Made by a program: the position numbers and the translations under genes. Below, piece after piece: positions 31,184-41,156 of a DNA stretch of 64,000 nucleotides (positions are counted from its first letter, which is position 1; each line of letters starts with the position of its first letter). A model generated the notes under the pieces. The model had not been told where the DNA came from, made no database searches, and saw nothing but the letters and a program-made list of their open reading frames with translations. The stretch spans positions 416,001-480,000 of the forward strand of contig CAVPLT010000004.1 in assembly GCA_963706325.1 (NCBI GenBank). The letters are read 5' to 3'. This stretch comes from an uncultured Nitrospiraceae bacterium. GTDB taxonomy: Bacteria; Nitrospirota; Nitrospiria; Nitrospirales; Nitrospiraceae.

Positions 31184-32004
31184 CGCTGTCCCTCCTGGGT
31201 CTGAGCCACGCCTGCATCGGAAGATACGCGGTCAAACCCGTATTGTTGTAAGAGTTCCTGCACCGGGGGTGTGAGCAAGAACTGGACAAAATCACCGGCC
31301 CCCGAGATATTTTTAGCGGTCCATGGAAGCGCGACTCCGTACTGGACCGGTTCATGCGATTCAACCGGGGTGGTATCCAATATGCGGACTTTCTTGCTTA
31401 AGGCCGCATCCGTTCGATAGACAATGCCGACCTCGGCTTCGCCATTCGCGACGAGATCCAATACGGCTCGGGAGTGCTCGCCAAAGACATATTGGGATTT
31501 GAGCTTAGGCTCCAGTTGACTACTTTTCAAAAACTGCGCCGCGACTTTTCCTACAGAGGATGTTTTCGGATCACCTATGGCCAGTCGCCGAACCGAGGCG
31601 CTGTGTAGATCCTGAATGGATGTGATTGAAGCGGGGAGGGTCGCGCCGGTTATCAACACCAGCGAGGTGCCGGCATAGATGCGTTTGCTGCCATCTAGGA
31701 TCAGCCCTTTCTTCTGGAGCTGATCAATCTCGTCGACCAATGAGGGTAGAAACACATCGACCGGGGCACCCTGTTCAATTTGATTCCGCAACGTTTGGGA
31801 AGGTCCATAAATAATTCGAAGATTCGTCTCCGGATACTGTGTTTCATAGAGCGGGAGGACCTTTCGAAAGGCTTCCCTCAGACTGTTCGCGGCGACGATG
31901 GTCAGGGTTTCCGGCTGTGCCTGCGCGGGCTGCAGAGTCCACCCGGATATGACTAGGGCGCTCACAATAAAGGCTATTCCCAATAAACGGTTTCGTGCTC
32001 GCAT
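31180..32004 (-). CDS. modA: ModA-family oxyanion-binding protein
   Basis: VAANSL, QIEQGAPVDVF, GEAEVGIVYRTDA, QYGF. Confidence 0.85.
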   Translation of the reverse strand: MRARNRLLGIAFIVSALVISGWTLQPAQAQPETLTIVAANSLREAFRKVLPLYETQYPETNLRIIYGPSQTLRNQIEQGAPVDVFLPSLVDEIDQLQKKGLILDGSKRIYAGTSLVLITGATLPASITSIQDLHSASVRRLAIGDPKTSSVGKVAAQFLKSSQLEPKLKSQYVFGEHSRAVLDLVANGEAEVGIVYRTDAALSKKVRILDTTPVESHEPVQYGVALPWTAKNISGAGDFVQFLLTPPVQELLQQYGFDRVSSDAGVAQTQEGQR

Positions 32005-32043
32005 GATGTCCTCCTGGTAGTCCCGATAACCTGCCATGGCCTG

Positions 32044-33660
32044 TTAGAAGTAGAACTGGTATTGCACATTGATTCGATTCTCAATCAGATCGTGACCAAA
32101 TCCTGGAAGGCTTTCAAACGGGAACCGATCGGGTGCGCGTCCACCGCTTCCCATGGTGATATTAGAGTAATCGACCACGAGTCGGTTGTTGTAGGTGCCG
32201 TCAAAGCTATAGCTGAGGGCGGCGCCGAATTCTTTCATCAGATCGTTGACCTGTTTGGTGGACGGATCCATGAATCCGTACCGAAAGGCAAGCTCCAACT
32301 TGCGGGGGATGATGTATTTGCCGACCTGCGCGTACCACCCGTAGGCTTGGCCAAGTTCGACCGGTGGCCCAAGGATAACATTGGTTGCCGGGTCGAATGC
32401 GATGGATTGACCGTCACTATTCCGCACCCGTTGATGACGGTAATAACCTTCAGCCTGGAACGCCCATCCCTGATACTTGGCGATGAAATCAACTTCGTAG
32501 GTCTGGAAGTCGTAGATACCACCTGCGAGCAGCCGGCCGTTATAGGCCTTAGTGACTGCCTGGCGATAGGCTCGATCGACAATGTCTGAGCGGATCGAAC
32601 TGAGATAGTTCTGAGCCGGATTGTACGCATATCCGAACGCAATGGCGGACTGTGGGGTGCGCGAATTTAGAATATCGCCTTGGCCGTATCCCGGATTGCC
32701 GGCGATTTTATAGAGGAATCTGGCGGTGTACAACATTTCGCCCGTCATGATGCGGGTGTCATAGTTAAACGTTCGTCGTTGTGAACTGGGAAGGCTCGCA
32801 TTGTTCGGAAGTGCCTGACTGACCGCGGTGCCTTCTCGCGCGAGGTTTGATCCGGCCCCGCCCCAGATACCGATGGCATAGTTGAATTTATAACGGTCTT
32901 CATCGCTCAGAATGGCGATTCCGATGTCGCGGCTGTTCACTTGATTTGCGGCGAACGCTCTCTGGACATTCAGGTTGTCCGCGAAGGTCGAGGTGGCGAT
33001 CGAGCTGATAAGCGCGCGGTTAAACCAGACTCGTTGTTGACCGACTTGGATTGTCGCCCATGGGATATGCCAAGAGGAAATGTATCCGTCGAGAAGGGCC
33101 GCTCGTCCGCTGCCCCCTTCTTGATTCCAAGCCGTCTGATCGAACGCCACGGAGAAGTTGTAGCGAAGGTCCGGATCGAAGGCGTATCCCAGGAATTGAA
33201 GCCGAGTGCGGGGGACCGTGAATTGACTCGAATCGCTCTGGTATCTGATGGCACGATACTCCACCTGGCCTCCCAGAATTTCTGGATTTCTCGAGTCTCC
33301 GATCGAGCCCCATGCAGAATTATAGTTGCTATGGGTATAACGAACCTGGGTCAGTAGTCGAAGTTTCAACAAGAACTTTGACCCGACGCGGAAGTTCAGT
33401 CCATTGTTGACATCGATCGTGAAGTTCGGTTTCGCCGCATACTCTTTTGTCTCGATGACTTTCAGCCCTCGCTCGTATTCCTGCTGCGTGATGATACCTT
33501 TGAGATAGAGATACTTCAGTCCAGGGTCTTCTCCCGAAACGTACTCCCATTTTCCGTCCTTCTTGACCAGCTGACCTTCCTCCACTGCCTGAGCGGAGGG
33601 TGCCGCTCCAGCAATCAGAGCGGCAAGGCCGGTCAGAACAACCATTGCAAAGATTTTCAT
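32044..33660 (-). CDS. anion-selective porin-like outer-membrane protein (OprO/P-like)
   Basis: Signal peptide, RTRLQFLG, QVGQ, RDIG, terminal aromatic QYQFYF. Confidence 0.8.
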   Translation of the reverse strand: MKIFAMVVLTGLAALIAGAAPSAQAVEEGQLVKKDGKWEYVSGEDPGLKYLYLKGIITQQEYERGLKVIETKEYAAKPNFTIDVNNGLNFRVGSKFLLKLRLLTQVRYTHSNYNSAWGSIGDSRNPEILGGQVEYRAIRYQSDSSQFTVPRTRLQFLGYAFDPDLRYNFSVAFDQTAWNQEGGSGRAALLDGYISSWHIPWATIQVGQQRVWFNRALISSIATSTFADNLNVQRAFAANQVNSRDIGIAILSDEDRYKFNYAIGIWGGAGSNLAREGTAVSQALPNNASLPSSQRRTFNYDTRIMTGEMLYTARFLYKIAGNPGYGQGDILNSRTPQSAIAFGYAYNPAQNYLSSIRSDIVDRAYRQAVTKAYNGRLLAGGIYDFQTYEVDFIAKYQGWAFQAEGYYRHQRVRNSDGQSIAFDPATNVILGPPVELGQAYGWYAQVGKYIIPRKLELAFRYGFMDPSTKQVNDLMKEFGAALSYSFDGTYNNRLVVDYSNITMGSGGRAPDRFPFESLPGFGHDLIENRINVQYQFYF

Positions 33661-33736
33661 TACTGAGACTCCCGGTTGAATGTGAACAATGAAAGCACTT
33701 CCAGTAAAGATGAGGCTTCTAGATCCTCCTACGATC

Positions 33737-33801
33737 AATGTATTTTAAACATCTGTAATCCGATGAGGTATCAAATACATTAACTTGAATAATATTGTCA
33801 A
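33737..33801 (-). promoter_or_regulatory. AT-rich promoter region of the left (sulfate) arm
   Basis: TTGACA at 33801-33796; AATGTAT...ATACATT inverted repeat. Confidence 0.4.
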
Positions 33802-34998
33802 CAATAAACTTTTAATTATTATCAGCATGGAAAATTTCTTCTAAACCCTGCGAGTGTCGAGACTTCCTGAAAAGAGCACGTCGTATGCCGACTGCGTATG
33901 CACTGTTCGGGAAGGCGAAACCCACTCGTTCTTCCGCGAAAAGAGAGCTTTGCTCAGCGGCATTGGGGAAGTGCACCACAACTAAAGACTGAGTCTCTGA
34001 TGGGGATGCGATTGACAGGGTGGCTTGTGAAACAGTAGCCCCTCTACAAAACCTGACTGACGTAATTTCTGTTACTCGCTCAGTCGTCCCTCGTGCGTGA
34101 CTGCTTGCCTTGTGACGGGACTTCCTAGCCCAGCCTCCGTATTAGCTAATTCTGGATTTTGGCAAACTCTGTTAAATACCTGAGATAAGGCAAAGGGCGT
34201 GGAACGGGTTGCCTCCTTGCTTAATATAGGAGAGGGTGGACGCATCGCCGCGATCGTCCTATGTTGGATGAGGGTGCGCTACTCCCTCGCACAAGCTATC
34301 ACCCATTGCGAAGAGCTCTTTCAATGATTCGGTCTTCGAGCGACAGGTTATGAACTCATTGAGTGCGCCAGCATGCCCCTCGGCGGTCTGGAGTGGGGGA
34401 CGATAACGCGCAGTAATCGTGGCCGCAACTGAGAGTTACCGGAGAAACGACGGCATCACGTGAATAGCGTCCGGGAGAATAGGCACCAGCACGCGGTCCC
34501 AGGCATGCGGCGCCCGGTTCAGCCAACTAATTCTCTGCGTTCTCATGAGGGTCGTGAATTGGCCGAGAATGTTGACGAGGATTGCATTGTTGGGTCGCGT
34601 TGCCGGAACGACTCGCGCGGGCGAAGTGTTAACACTCATCACTTCTGGTGAATACGGGGACTCCAGGCACATCTCGCGGAGCGACTGTGAGCGTGACGTG
34701 GTGACCGAGGTCGAGGGGACTTGCAAGGCCCTTGACTCCTCGTTGCCATTGATGAAATTCAAAAATGATGGCGATCCAACACCCCTGTCTGCGACCGCGT
34801 AAAAATCAAATCCTGCCGTGACGCGTTGACAGACATGTTGGAAAAGGATAGATGGGCCTTTCATGGAGAGATTGTGCGCATGAAATTTTAAAATGTGAAG
34901 GAGTGGAAATTATGAGCCCTCTAGCATAAAAACCCAGGAAGGCTGATGCCCGAGGGGAGTCGCACCAATGTTTAGAAACGTAGGGAAGGATAATCTGA

Positions 34999-35394
34999 AT
35001 GCGTTCGAAGGTACTCCCTTGGATATGTATTGTGGCGGTAATGCTGGTAGCCGGCTGCGGGCTTTCGAAATTAACGATCTATCCGGGGACTGCCTTGACA
35101 CCTGATCTGCATGAGGAGGGCATGCTGAGCCTCGGTCAGGTAGAAACCTGCCGAGGAGCATTTTGCCCGTCGAGGGATGGGGAAGGTGGCCAGGAGTGGC
35201 CGTTGGCATTATCATCCGTTCCGCCCGCCGCTACGTACTATGCTGCCCTTAGGAAGCGAGGAGCGACTCAGTACCGTGTGCCAGAGCAAGATGTGCGGCT
35301 CGGAGAAGTGACGGTGAAGTATTACGTCGAACTTGACGGCACGATTGTGGGTTGGACAGCCAAGGCGCTAGCTGGGAAGCAAACCAAGCCGTAG
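34999..35394 (+). CDS. lipoprotein of unknown function
   Basis: VAGC lipobox. Confidence 0.65.
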   Translation: MRSKVLPWICIVAVMLVAGCGLSKLTIYPGTALTPDLHEEGMLSLGQVETCRGAFCPSRDGEGGQEWPLALSSVPPAATYYAALRKRGATQYRVPEQDVRLGEVTVKYYVELDGTIVGWTAKALAGKQTKP

Positions 35395-35514
35395 AAGACG
35401 GTCTTGTCTCCTCACTAACCGGATGGTTTTAAGTAACTTCTGTGGCGAAGGCGTTGCGGCACTGACTCCCACATTCCGGTTTCGCAGTTCTTTTTTTGGG
35501 GGCCAGGGTCATCG

Positions 35515-35556
35515 ATTACATAATAATTGACACAATGTAATGTATCATGATATCAC
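35515..35556 (+). promoter_or_regulatory. sigma70-like promoter overlapped by an inverted repeat
   Basis: TTGACA 35527-35532 inside ATTACAT-N13-ATGTAAT. Confidence 0.5.
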
Positions 35557-35566
35557 CCCTGCCGCT

Positions 35567-36760
35567 ATGAGTGAAAAAAGCAAAGCCGAACCGGCCTCGA
35601 ATGTCGTCAATTCTCTGCGCGCGTTACGTATGGCAAAAGGCTTGTCTCAGGGCCAACTCGCCGACGGAGCACTGATCACCCGCCAGGCCGTGTGCGCTAT
35701 CGAAGCCGATCAATACTTGCCGACGACGGCCGTCGCGCTGCGGCTTGCCAGCGTGTTGGGATGTCATGTGGAAGATATCTTCAGTCTCAAAACGACCGGC
35801 GAGTTGATCGAAGGTGAGTGGGTCTGGCCCGGCATGGTCGCCTCAGCCGTTCAGCCCCGCACTAGGGTCAAGGTGGCCAAGATCGAGGATCGATATGTCG
35901 TCCGGCCCGTCGCGGCCTTGGGTGAAATCTTGAATTACACCGTCCCTGCAGACGGTCTCATCATCGGCAAGGCCGGGTCCGGCGTGCGCTCAGCCAAGTC
36001 CGACCGCCGTGTGCTGGTACGTTTGCTACGTGAGCGGCAGATTGTGGAACGAGAAATTGCGGTCGCCGGCTGTGATCCGGCCATCAATTTGGCGAGTGAG
36101 TATCTCCATAGGCACAAGGACACTTCGACGGTCGTAGGCTGGTCGATGGGAAGCGCGGCGGCGTTGGATGCGCTCAAGCGCAAAGAAGTGCACATGGCGG
36201 GATTGCATATCCTGGATGCGAAGACAGGTGAGTCGAACTTGCCATATCTCCGTCGTCACCTGCAAGGAGACGACTATATCGTCGTCACCTTTGCCGCATG
36301 GGAAGAGGGACTCATCGTACGCGAAGGCAATCCCAAGCGTATTCGCGGGGTGGATGACCTAGTTCGTCCGAACGTGGTGCTGGTAAACCGTGAAGAAGGC
36401 GCCGCAGCCAGAATGCTGCTGGATCAACGTCTCCTGACATTGGGCATCGACGGTACCGGGCTGAAGGGGTACGGTTTGAATGTCAGCTCGCATTTCGAGG
36501 TCGCGCGGCATATTGCCGAAGGCCAGGCCGATGCCGGCATCGGCGTACGATCCGCCGCTCAGATTTTCGGCCTCGATTTCATTCCGTTGCAGCAGGCCCG
36601 CTACGATCTCGTCCTTCCGAAGCGCTATTTGGCTAGTCATCCTGGGCTGTCCCATCTTCTCGACGCGATCGCCAGCCGGCAGTTCCGCACGGAGGTGGAA
36701 GCGTTGGGCGGTTACGACATGACAGAAACAGGGAAGGTGCGTAACCTTCGCGCCGGATAG
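35567..36760 (+). CDS. XRE-HTH / periplasmic-binding-fold (molybdate-type PBP) transcriptional regulator
   Basis: LSQGQLA..ITRQAVCAIE...P HTH; AGCDPA, GSAAAL, VNREEG, ADAGIG, YDL, LGGYD. Confidence 0.85.
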   Translation: MSEKSKAEPASNVVNSLRALRMAKGLSQGQLADGALITRQAVCAIEADQYLPTTAVALRLASVLGCHVEDIFSLKTTGELIEGEWVWPGMVASAVQPRTRVKVAKIEDRYVVRPVAALGEILNYTVPADGLIIGKAGSGVRSAKSDRRVLVRLLRERQIVEREIAVAGCDPAINLASEYLHRHKDTSTVVGWSMGSAAALDALKRKEVHMAGLHILDAKTGESNLPYLRRHLQGDDYIVVTFAAWEEGLIVREGNPKRIRGVDDLVRPNVVLVNREEGAAARMLLDQRLLTLGIDGTGLKGYGLNVSSHFEVARHIAEGQADAGIGVRSAAQIFGLDFIPLQQARYDLVLPKRYLASHPGLSHLLDAIASRQFRTEVEALGGYDMTETGKVRNLRAG

Positions 36761-36824
36761 CGGCGGCGTTTGTGGCAGCTGCATGGGTGTGAAACGACAT
36801 TATATTTCCAAGGTGAGGATATTT

Positions 36825-37667
36825 ATGAAGAGCCATGCTCGGGTTCGGAATGTGATCGGGACCTTTCTCGCTTTGTTCGTTTTCGGCACATTCGCAGTGG
36901 ATCTACAGGCCACCCCTGCCGAAGCCGGTGAGACATTCGTCATCGCGGCTTCCCCGAGCTTGAAAAATGTCTTGGAACGGCTTGGCGATGGGTTTGAAAA
37001 AAGCCACCCCGGCGTGCATGTGCAGATCTACTTCGATTCCGGTTTGGCCCTCCGGCAAACCATCGCCGGCATGGAGAACAGCATGGTGGGCCGATATTTC
37101 ATCGGAACCGGTCCCATCAATCTTATCGCGCCGGGAGGCGATGAGTTGATCTCCCGTCTGGAGGCAAAGTACTACGTGTTGCCCTCTACGAAGCGGCCCT
37201 ATGCGGTGGATCAATTGGTGGTCGTCGTGCCTGAATCGCTGGTTGAGGCGCCTGACTCTCTCGAAGCCATTCGTCGAGGTACAGTTCGTCTGGCGGTGGC
37301 CGATCCGTCCCGTACTCGGTTGGGCACGCAGACCGGCGACATGCTCAGGTCTCTCGGTCTTGATGAGGCTCTTAAGGGACGTCTGGATCTGGCGACGGAT
37401 TCCCACGGCGTAATCGATCATGTCCTCAGCGGGCAGGCGGATGCCGGCATCATCTTTGGTCATGAGGCCGTGCGGGCACAGGAAAGGCTGCGGGTCACGA
37501 CCATCATAGAGACAGGGTATAGCCAAACGGTTCATTCCATGGTGATGGAGCGGTATTGCCCCGATCGTCCTCTATGCGAGGAGTTCCTGACCTTCATTCA
37601 AGGCGCCGAAGGGCAGGCCATTGTGCGGCAGGCTGGACATGCAGTACCCGCGGGCAAGCTGAAGTAA
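36825..37667 (+). CDS. divergent ModA-like substrate-binding protein
   Basis: Signal peptide, AASPSL, LAVADP, SGQADAGIIF. Confidence 0.75.
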   Translation: MKSHARVRNVIGTFLALFVFGTFAVDLQATPAEAGETFVIAASPSLKNVLERLGDGFEKSHPGVHVQIYFDSGLALRQTIAGMENSMVGRYFIGTGPINLIAPGGDELISRLEAKYYVLPSTKRPYAVDQLVVVVPESLVEAPDSLEAIRRGTVRLAVADPSRTRLGTQTGDMLRSLGLDEALKGRLDLATDSHGVIDHVLSGQADAGIIFGHEAVRAQERLRVTTIIETGYSQTVHSMVMERYCPDRPLCEEFLTFIQGAEGQAIVRQAGHAVPAGKLK

Positions 37668-37743
37668 TTTTTTGCCTGGCCCGCAAGTATACTTAAATTT
37701 ATTTATACTAAACAGTAACTCAGAGTCTTTGTAAGGAGGAGCG

Positions 37744-38421
37744 ATGAGGGAAGGAAGCGTCGGGATAGGTTGGAAACGCGTCGGAATGCTCGCGTGCGTC
37801 ATCGCCTGGATCGCGGGAATCACCACGACAGGGTGCGCGAGGTTGCCGTACACAACCAAGACGGTTCACGAGGACGAGCGAATCGTCGTCAATGTGCAGC
37901 GGGAGGTTGAGCCACAGACCTACTCCCATCCGATACAACTGACGAGCACTGAGGTGGTCGCCCTTCTAAGGGGCTTCTCGGTCCGCGAACAACAGCGCCT
38001 GCCCCTGCGCTGGTTCGCCGAAGAACTTCCACCGAAGCCACTGTTCCGCCTGGACGAACTTGAAGCTCTCGCACCTCACCTTGCAGATGCGCTCCAGCAG
38101 TTGGGGCCGAACGAACGTGCGCATTTCGAGGTCCGCGGGCCGGGAAATAACCCTCGATACGGCCGTGATACCGTGTCGGGATGGATGGCGGTCCGTGATC
38201 CCTATCTGTACCTGAAGGTCGAATACTTTCACAATCAAATCCCTATCCGGAAATCAGATAACTACGATTACAACTATCCGCTGACCCCCCCCACGCCGAA
38301 GAATTACATTCTCTACTTCGAGCCGGGCCGCTTCTGGCTTGCCGACGACAAAGGAACCAGAGCCGTCGACTATCGGCAATTCCTCAAATCTGGACAGTCC
38401 GGCGGCACCACCACGCGCTGA
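37744..38421 (+). CDS. lipoprotein, paralog of 30449-31183
   Basis: TTGC lipobox; HPIQLTSTEVVALLRG, SGWMAVRD. Confidence 0.8.
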   Translation: MREGSVGIGWKRVGMLACVIAWIAGITTTGCARLPYTTKTVHEDERIVVNVQREVEPQTYSHPIQLTSTEVVALLRGFSVREQQRLPLRWFAEELPPKPLFRLDELEALAPHLADALQQLGPNERAHFEVRGPGNNPRYGRDTVSGWMAVRDPYLYLKVEYFHNQIPIRKSDNYDYNYPLTPPTPKNYILYFEPGRFWLADDKGTRAVDYRQFLKSGQSGGTTTR

Positions 38422-38503
38422 TATCCAGCGGGCGATCGGGCCTTGGTCAGCCAGGATTAAAAATTAGGTAAACATAGTTATAAAACTACAGGGAAAGGCA
38501 TTC

Positions 38504-40234
38504 ATGAATACACGATGGCGATCGGTGCATCTTCATTCCGACTTGGTCGGCCTCGAGAAAATTATCTTTCCAGTGATGCTGGTATGTGTGCTGCTGTTCG
38601 GCTATTCGTCCCCAGGGTTAGCAGCCGAGGTCGGCAAACTGGTGGAGAAGGACGGCAAGTACGTGTTTGTGGAAAGTATGGATCCGTCGATGAGACTCCT
38701 GCTGGAGCGTTCGGTGAAGAGCGGCATGATCACGCAGGAAGAATATAACAAAGTCGTTCAGGATTCCGAAGAGCGCTCGCAGCTGCTCGCGCCGAGTTTT
38801 AAGGGCTGGTATGACCGCGGATTTAACCTCTCATTTAACGACAATGCTTTTTTTCTGAAGATCAGGTTTCGGGCGCAGCTTCGTTTCACCGAGCGGATTC
38901 GAAACGATGCCTGGCGCAATCCCGGTGAAGCCAAAAACTTCCCGGAGTTGCTCGGGGTGTTCGGAGACTATCGGGCCAATCGTTCAGAAAACTACGCATC
39001 TACATTCAATATACGGCGAATGCGGTTCTATTTCATGGGCCATTTGTTTGATCCGGACTTTAAATACTACATTCAATTCCGCTCAGAGACCGCAGAAAAT
39101 GCGCAGACCCCCGGAGCTCTCTCGCTGCTGGACATGAATTTCACGTCCACGCATTTTAAATGGGCGAATGTTCAGTTGGGTCAATACAAAGTCTATTTCA
39201 ACCGGTCACAGATCAACTCCACTGCGTCTATGCAGTTTGCAGACCGATCCTTGGTCCAAGATGCTTTTACCGCGAGCGGTTTGGATCGGCGCGATATCGG
39301 TATCACGATCATGAACGATGAGGAGTTGTTTCCGATTAATTATTACTTTGGCGTGTTCAACGGCGCCGGCCCTAGCTTCAATCGGCTCGGATCATTTGGG
39401 TCTGAACAAGCTACAGAGGGTTGTCCCGGAGGACAAACCAGCGGAAATCCGTTTCCTTCACCTGCGAGCTGCCCGGCTAATCAGCGCAATTTAAATGCCA
39501 ATACTCGCTTCGATGTCGACCGACTTCTGTACGTCGCCCGCTTAAGTTGGAATATCTTGGGACGAGCTGGTTACGGCGAAGGGGATCTGGCTTATTCTGA
39601 AAAGCCGCAATTAGCAATTGGAGGCGGTTTCGCCTGGAATCCCGCGGTTAATACAAGTTCAGATAACGCATTCGTCGGTCTGGACTTGGCCAACTTGAAC
39701 ATCAGGCGACAACTGGCCGCGTTTGGTAACGGCCGGCAATTAGGCATCGGAATCGTGGATTATGCCACTTATGCGATAGATGGCGCATTTAAGTATCGAG
39801 GATTTTCCCTGCAGGGAGAAGCGTACTTTAAAAATATCAACCGGCATGAGAAAGGGTTGCCTTGTATGAATGCGGCCTGTACGGCCACTGCACCCAATAC
39901 GTTCGGCAATGCCACGGGTTTTTATGTGCAATCCGGCTATTATCTGATTCCCCGCACTCTGGAGCTCGCTGGTCGCTTTTCCTATTGGGACCCGGACACC
40001 CATTCGGCCAATGACTTGATTAGACAAACTGACGCGTCAATAAATTGGTTCTTGAACGGGACCTATGACCATCAAATCATGGTGACTTATAGCAACACTC
40101 AGTTCGGAACCGGTGGGTATGCCATAGGCCGTAGCAATCCACTTCCTCCCGGCTCAGGGACGGTTCCTTTAGATGCGGTGGGTGGAACCTTGATCGAACA
40201 TGCGATTCGGATGCAGTACCAAATCTTCTTTTAG
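38504..40234 (+). CDS. anion-selective porin-like protein, paralog of 32044-33660
   Basis: RRMRFYFMGHLFDPD, GQYKV, RDIG, terminal QYQIFF. Confidence 0.8.
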   Translation: MNTRWRSVHLHSDLVGLEKIIFPVMLVCVLLFGYSSPGLAAEVGKLVEKDGKYVFVESMDPSMRLLLERSVKSGMITQEEYNKVVQDSEERSQLLAPSFKGWYDRGFNLSFNDNAFFLKIRFRAQLRFTERIRNDAWRNPGEAKNFPELLGVFGDYRANRSENYASTFNIRRMRFYFMGHLFDPDFKYYIQFRSETAENAQTPGALSLLDMNFTSTHFKWANVQLGQYKVYFNRSQINSTASMQFADRSLVQDAFTASGLDRRDIGITIMNDEELFPINYYFGVFNGAGPSFNRLGSFGSEQATEGCPGGQTSGNPFPSPASCPANQRNLNANTRFDVDRLLYVARLSWNILGRAGYGEGDLAYSEKPQLAIGGGFAWNPAVNTSSDNAFVGLDLANLNIRRQLAAFGNGRQLGIGIVDYATYAIDGAFKYRGFSLQGEAYFKNINRHEKGLPCMNAACTATAPNTFGNATGFYVQSGYYLIPRTLELAGRFSYWDPDTHSANDLIRQTDASINWFLNGTYDHQIMVTYSNTQFGTGGYAIGRSNPLPPGSGTVPLDAVGGTLIEHAIRMQYQIFF

Positions 40235-40256
40235 TCTATAGAGAGGAGAACACATC

Positions 40257-41090
40257 ATGGTGATCCCAGACAACGAGACGCATGCCAGCGTTGGGGCGCG
40301 AAGGAGCGTCGGCGATGGGTTGGGAACAACGGCAGCCTTATCGATGCACTCGTGGGTCAACATGATTCCCGGTCAGGTCAGCGCAATCCACCGGGGCCTG
40401 CTGAACGTGGGGATTCGCGTGCGTATTGGAGAACGGACGGATCTCCGGGTTCGATGGCCATTGGGCTTCCATGTGAGGTCTGAATCGGTGCATGGCGTAT
40501 CGGTCAAGGCAGCAATTCCAGTGGAGGCGATCCATCTTGAATCCGGTTATTTCAGATTGGGAAAGCGACGCTGGAATCGGTGGGTCGGACGAATTACGTT
40601 TGTCGAGAGGCTGCAAGATAGACGGGTTGTCTCGGTGAACCTCCATAACGATCCGGTCACGCTCAAGTGCTGCGGCTCGATGACAGGGTTGAATTGGGTG
40701 CCTCAGGTCTGGGACACCGTGAACATCGTCGTGGACCCCACGAAAATCAGCCTCGATGTCAGCCTGAAGATCGATGATACGTCGAACGTCAGCCATGACC
40801 GGGAAACGTTCGACCCCTGTCGAGATGCGCGAGTCTGGATGAGAGCGCAGGTGACGGAAGTCGCAGAGGCGTCAGAGGGTAGGTTTCTCTCACTCCTGAT
40901 AGGGACGGCGCGAGTCTCCGTGTTTATCGGTCGGGAGGAGGACAGTTTTGGCCGGTGGAACTCCGGAATGACTCTCGACATTCATGTCGGACGGTATGAC
41001 GCATGGCTCAAGCCCTGCCGCAGTGATTGTGCACCCGTCTTGTGTGGGTTACTCTATCTTGACTCTCATTCTCTTGCAGCCGGACGATAG
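40257..41090 (+). CDS. hypothetical protein with TOBE/OB-like repeats
   Basis: NMIPGQV and NRWVGRI segments resemble TOBE strands. Confidence 0.5.
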   Translation: MVIPDNETHASVGARRSVGDGLGTTAALSMHSWVNMIPGQVSAIHRGLLNVGIRVRIGERTDLRVRWPLGFHVRSESVHGVSVKAAIPVEAIHLESGYFRLGKRRWNRWVGRITFVERLQDRRVVSVNLHNDPVTLKCCGSMTGLNWVPQVWDTVNIVVDPTKISLDVSLKIDDTSNVSHDRETFDPCRDARVWMRAQVTEVAEASEGRFLSLLIGTARVSVFIGREEDSFGRWNSGMTLDIHVGRYDAWLKPCRSDCAPVLCGLLYLDSHSLAAGR

Positions 41091-41156
41091 GGGGTCTGCA
41101 CGCATCTGCAATTGTCAGGGTGTATTCGCGGTCTTATGATGAAAGGAGTATCACCT

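Noticed and set aside
34165..34235. Moco riboswitch-like words (ACTCT...AGGGCG...GCCTCC...AGGAG)
   Set aside because: Could not build the stems, and no convincing gene lies directly downstream
34436..34864. 142-aa ORF between the two arms
   Set aside because: No motif or clear RBS; cannot support it as a gene
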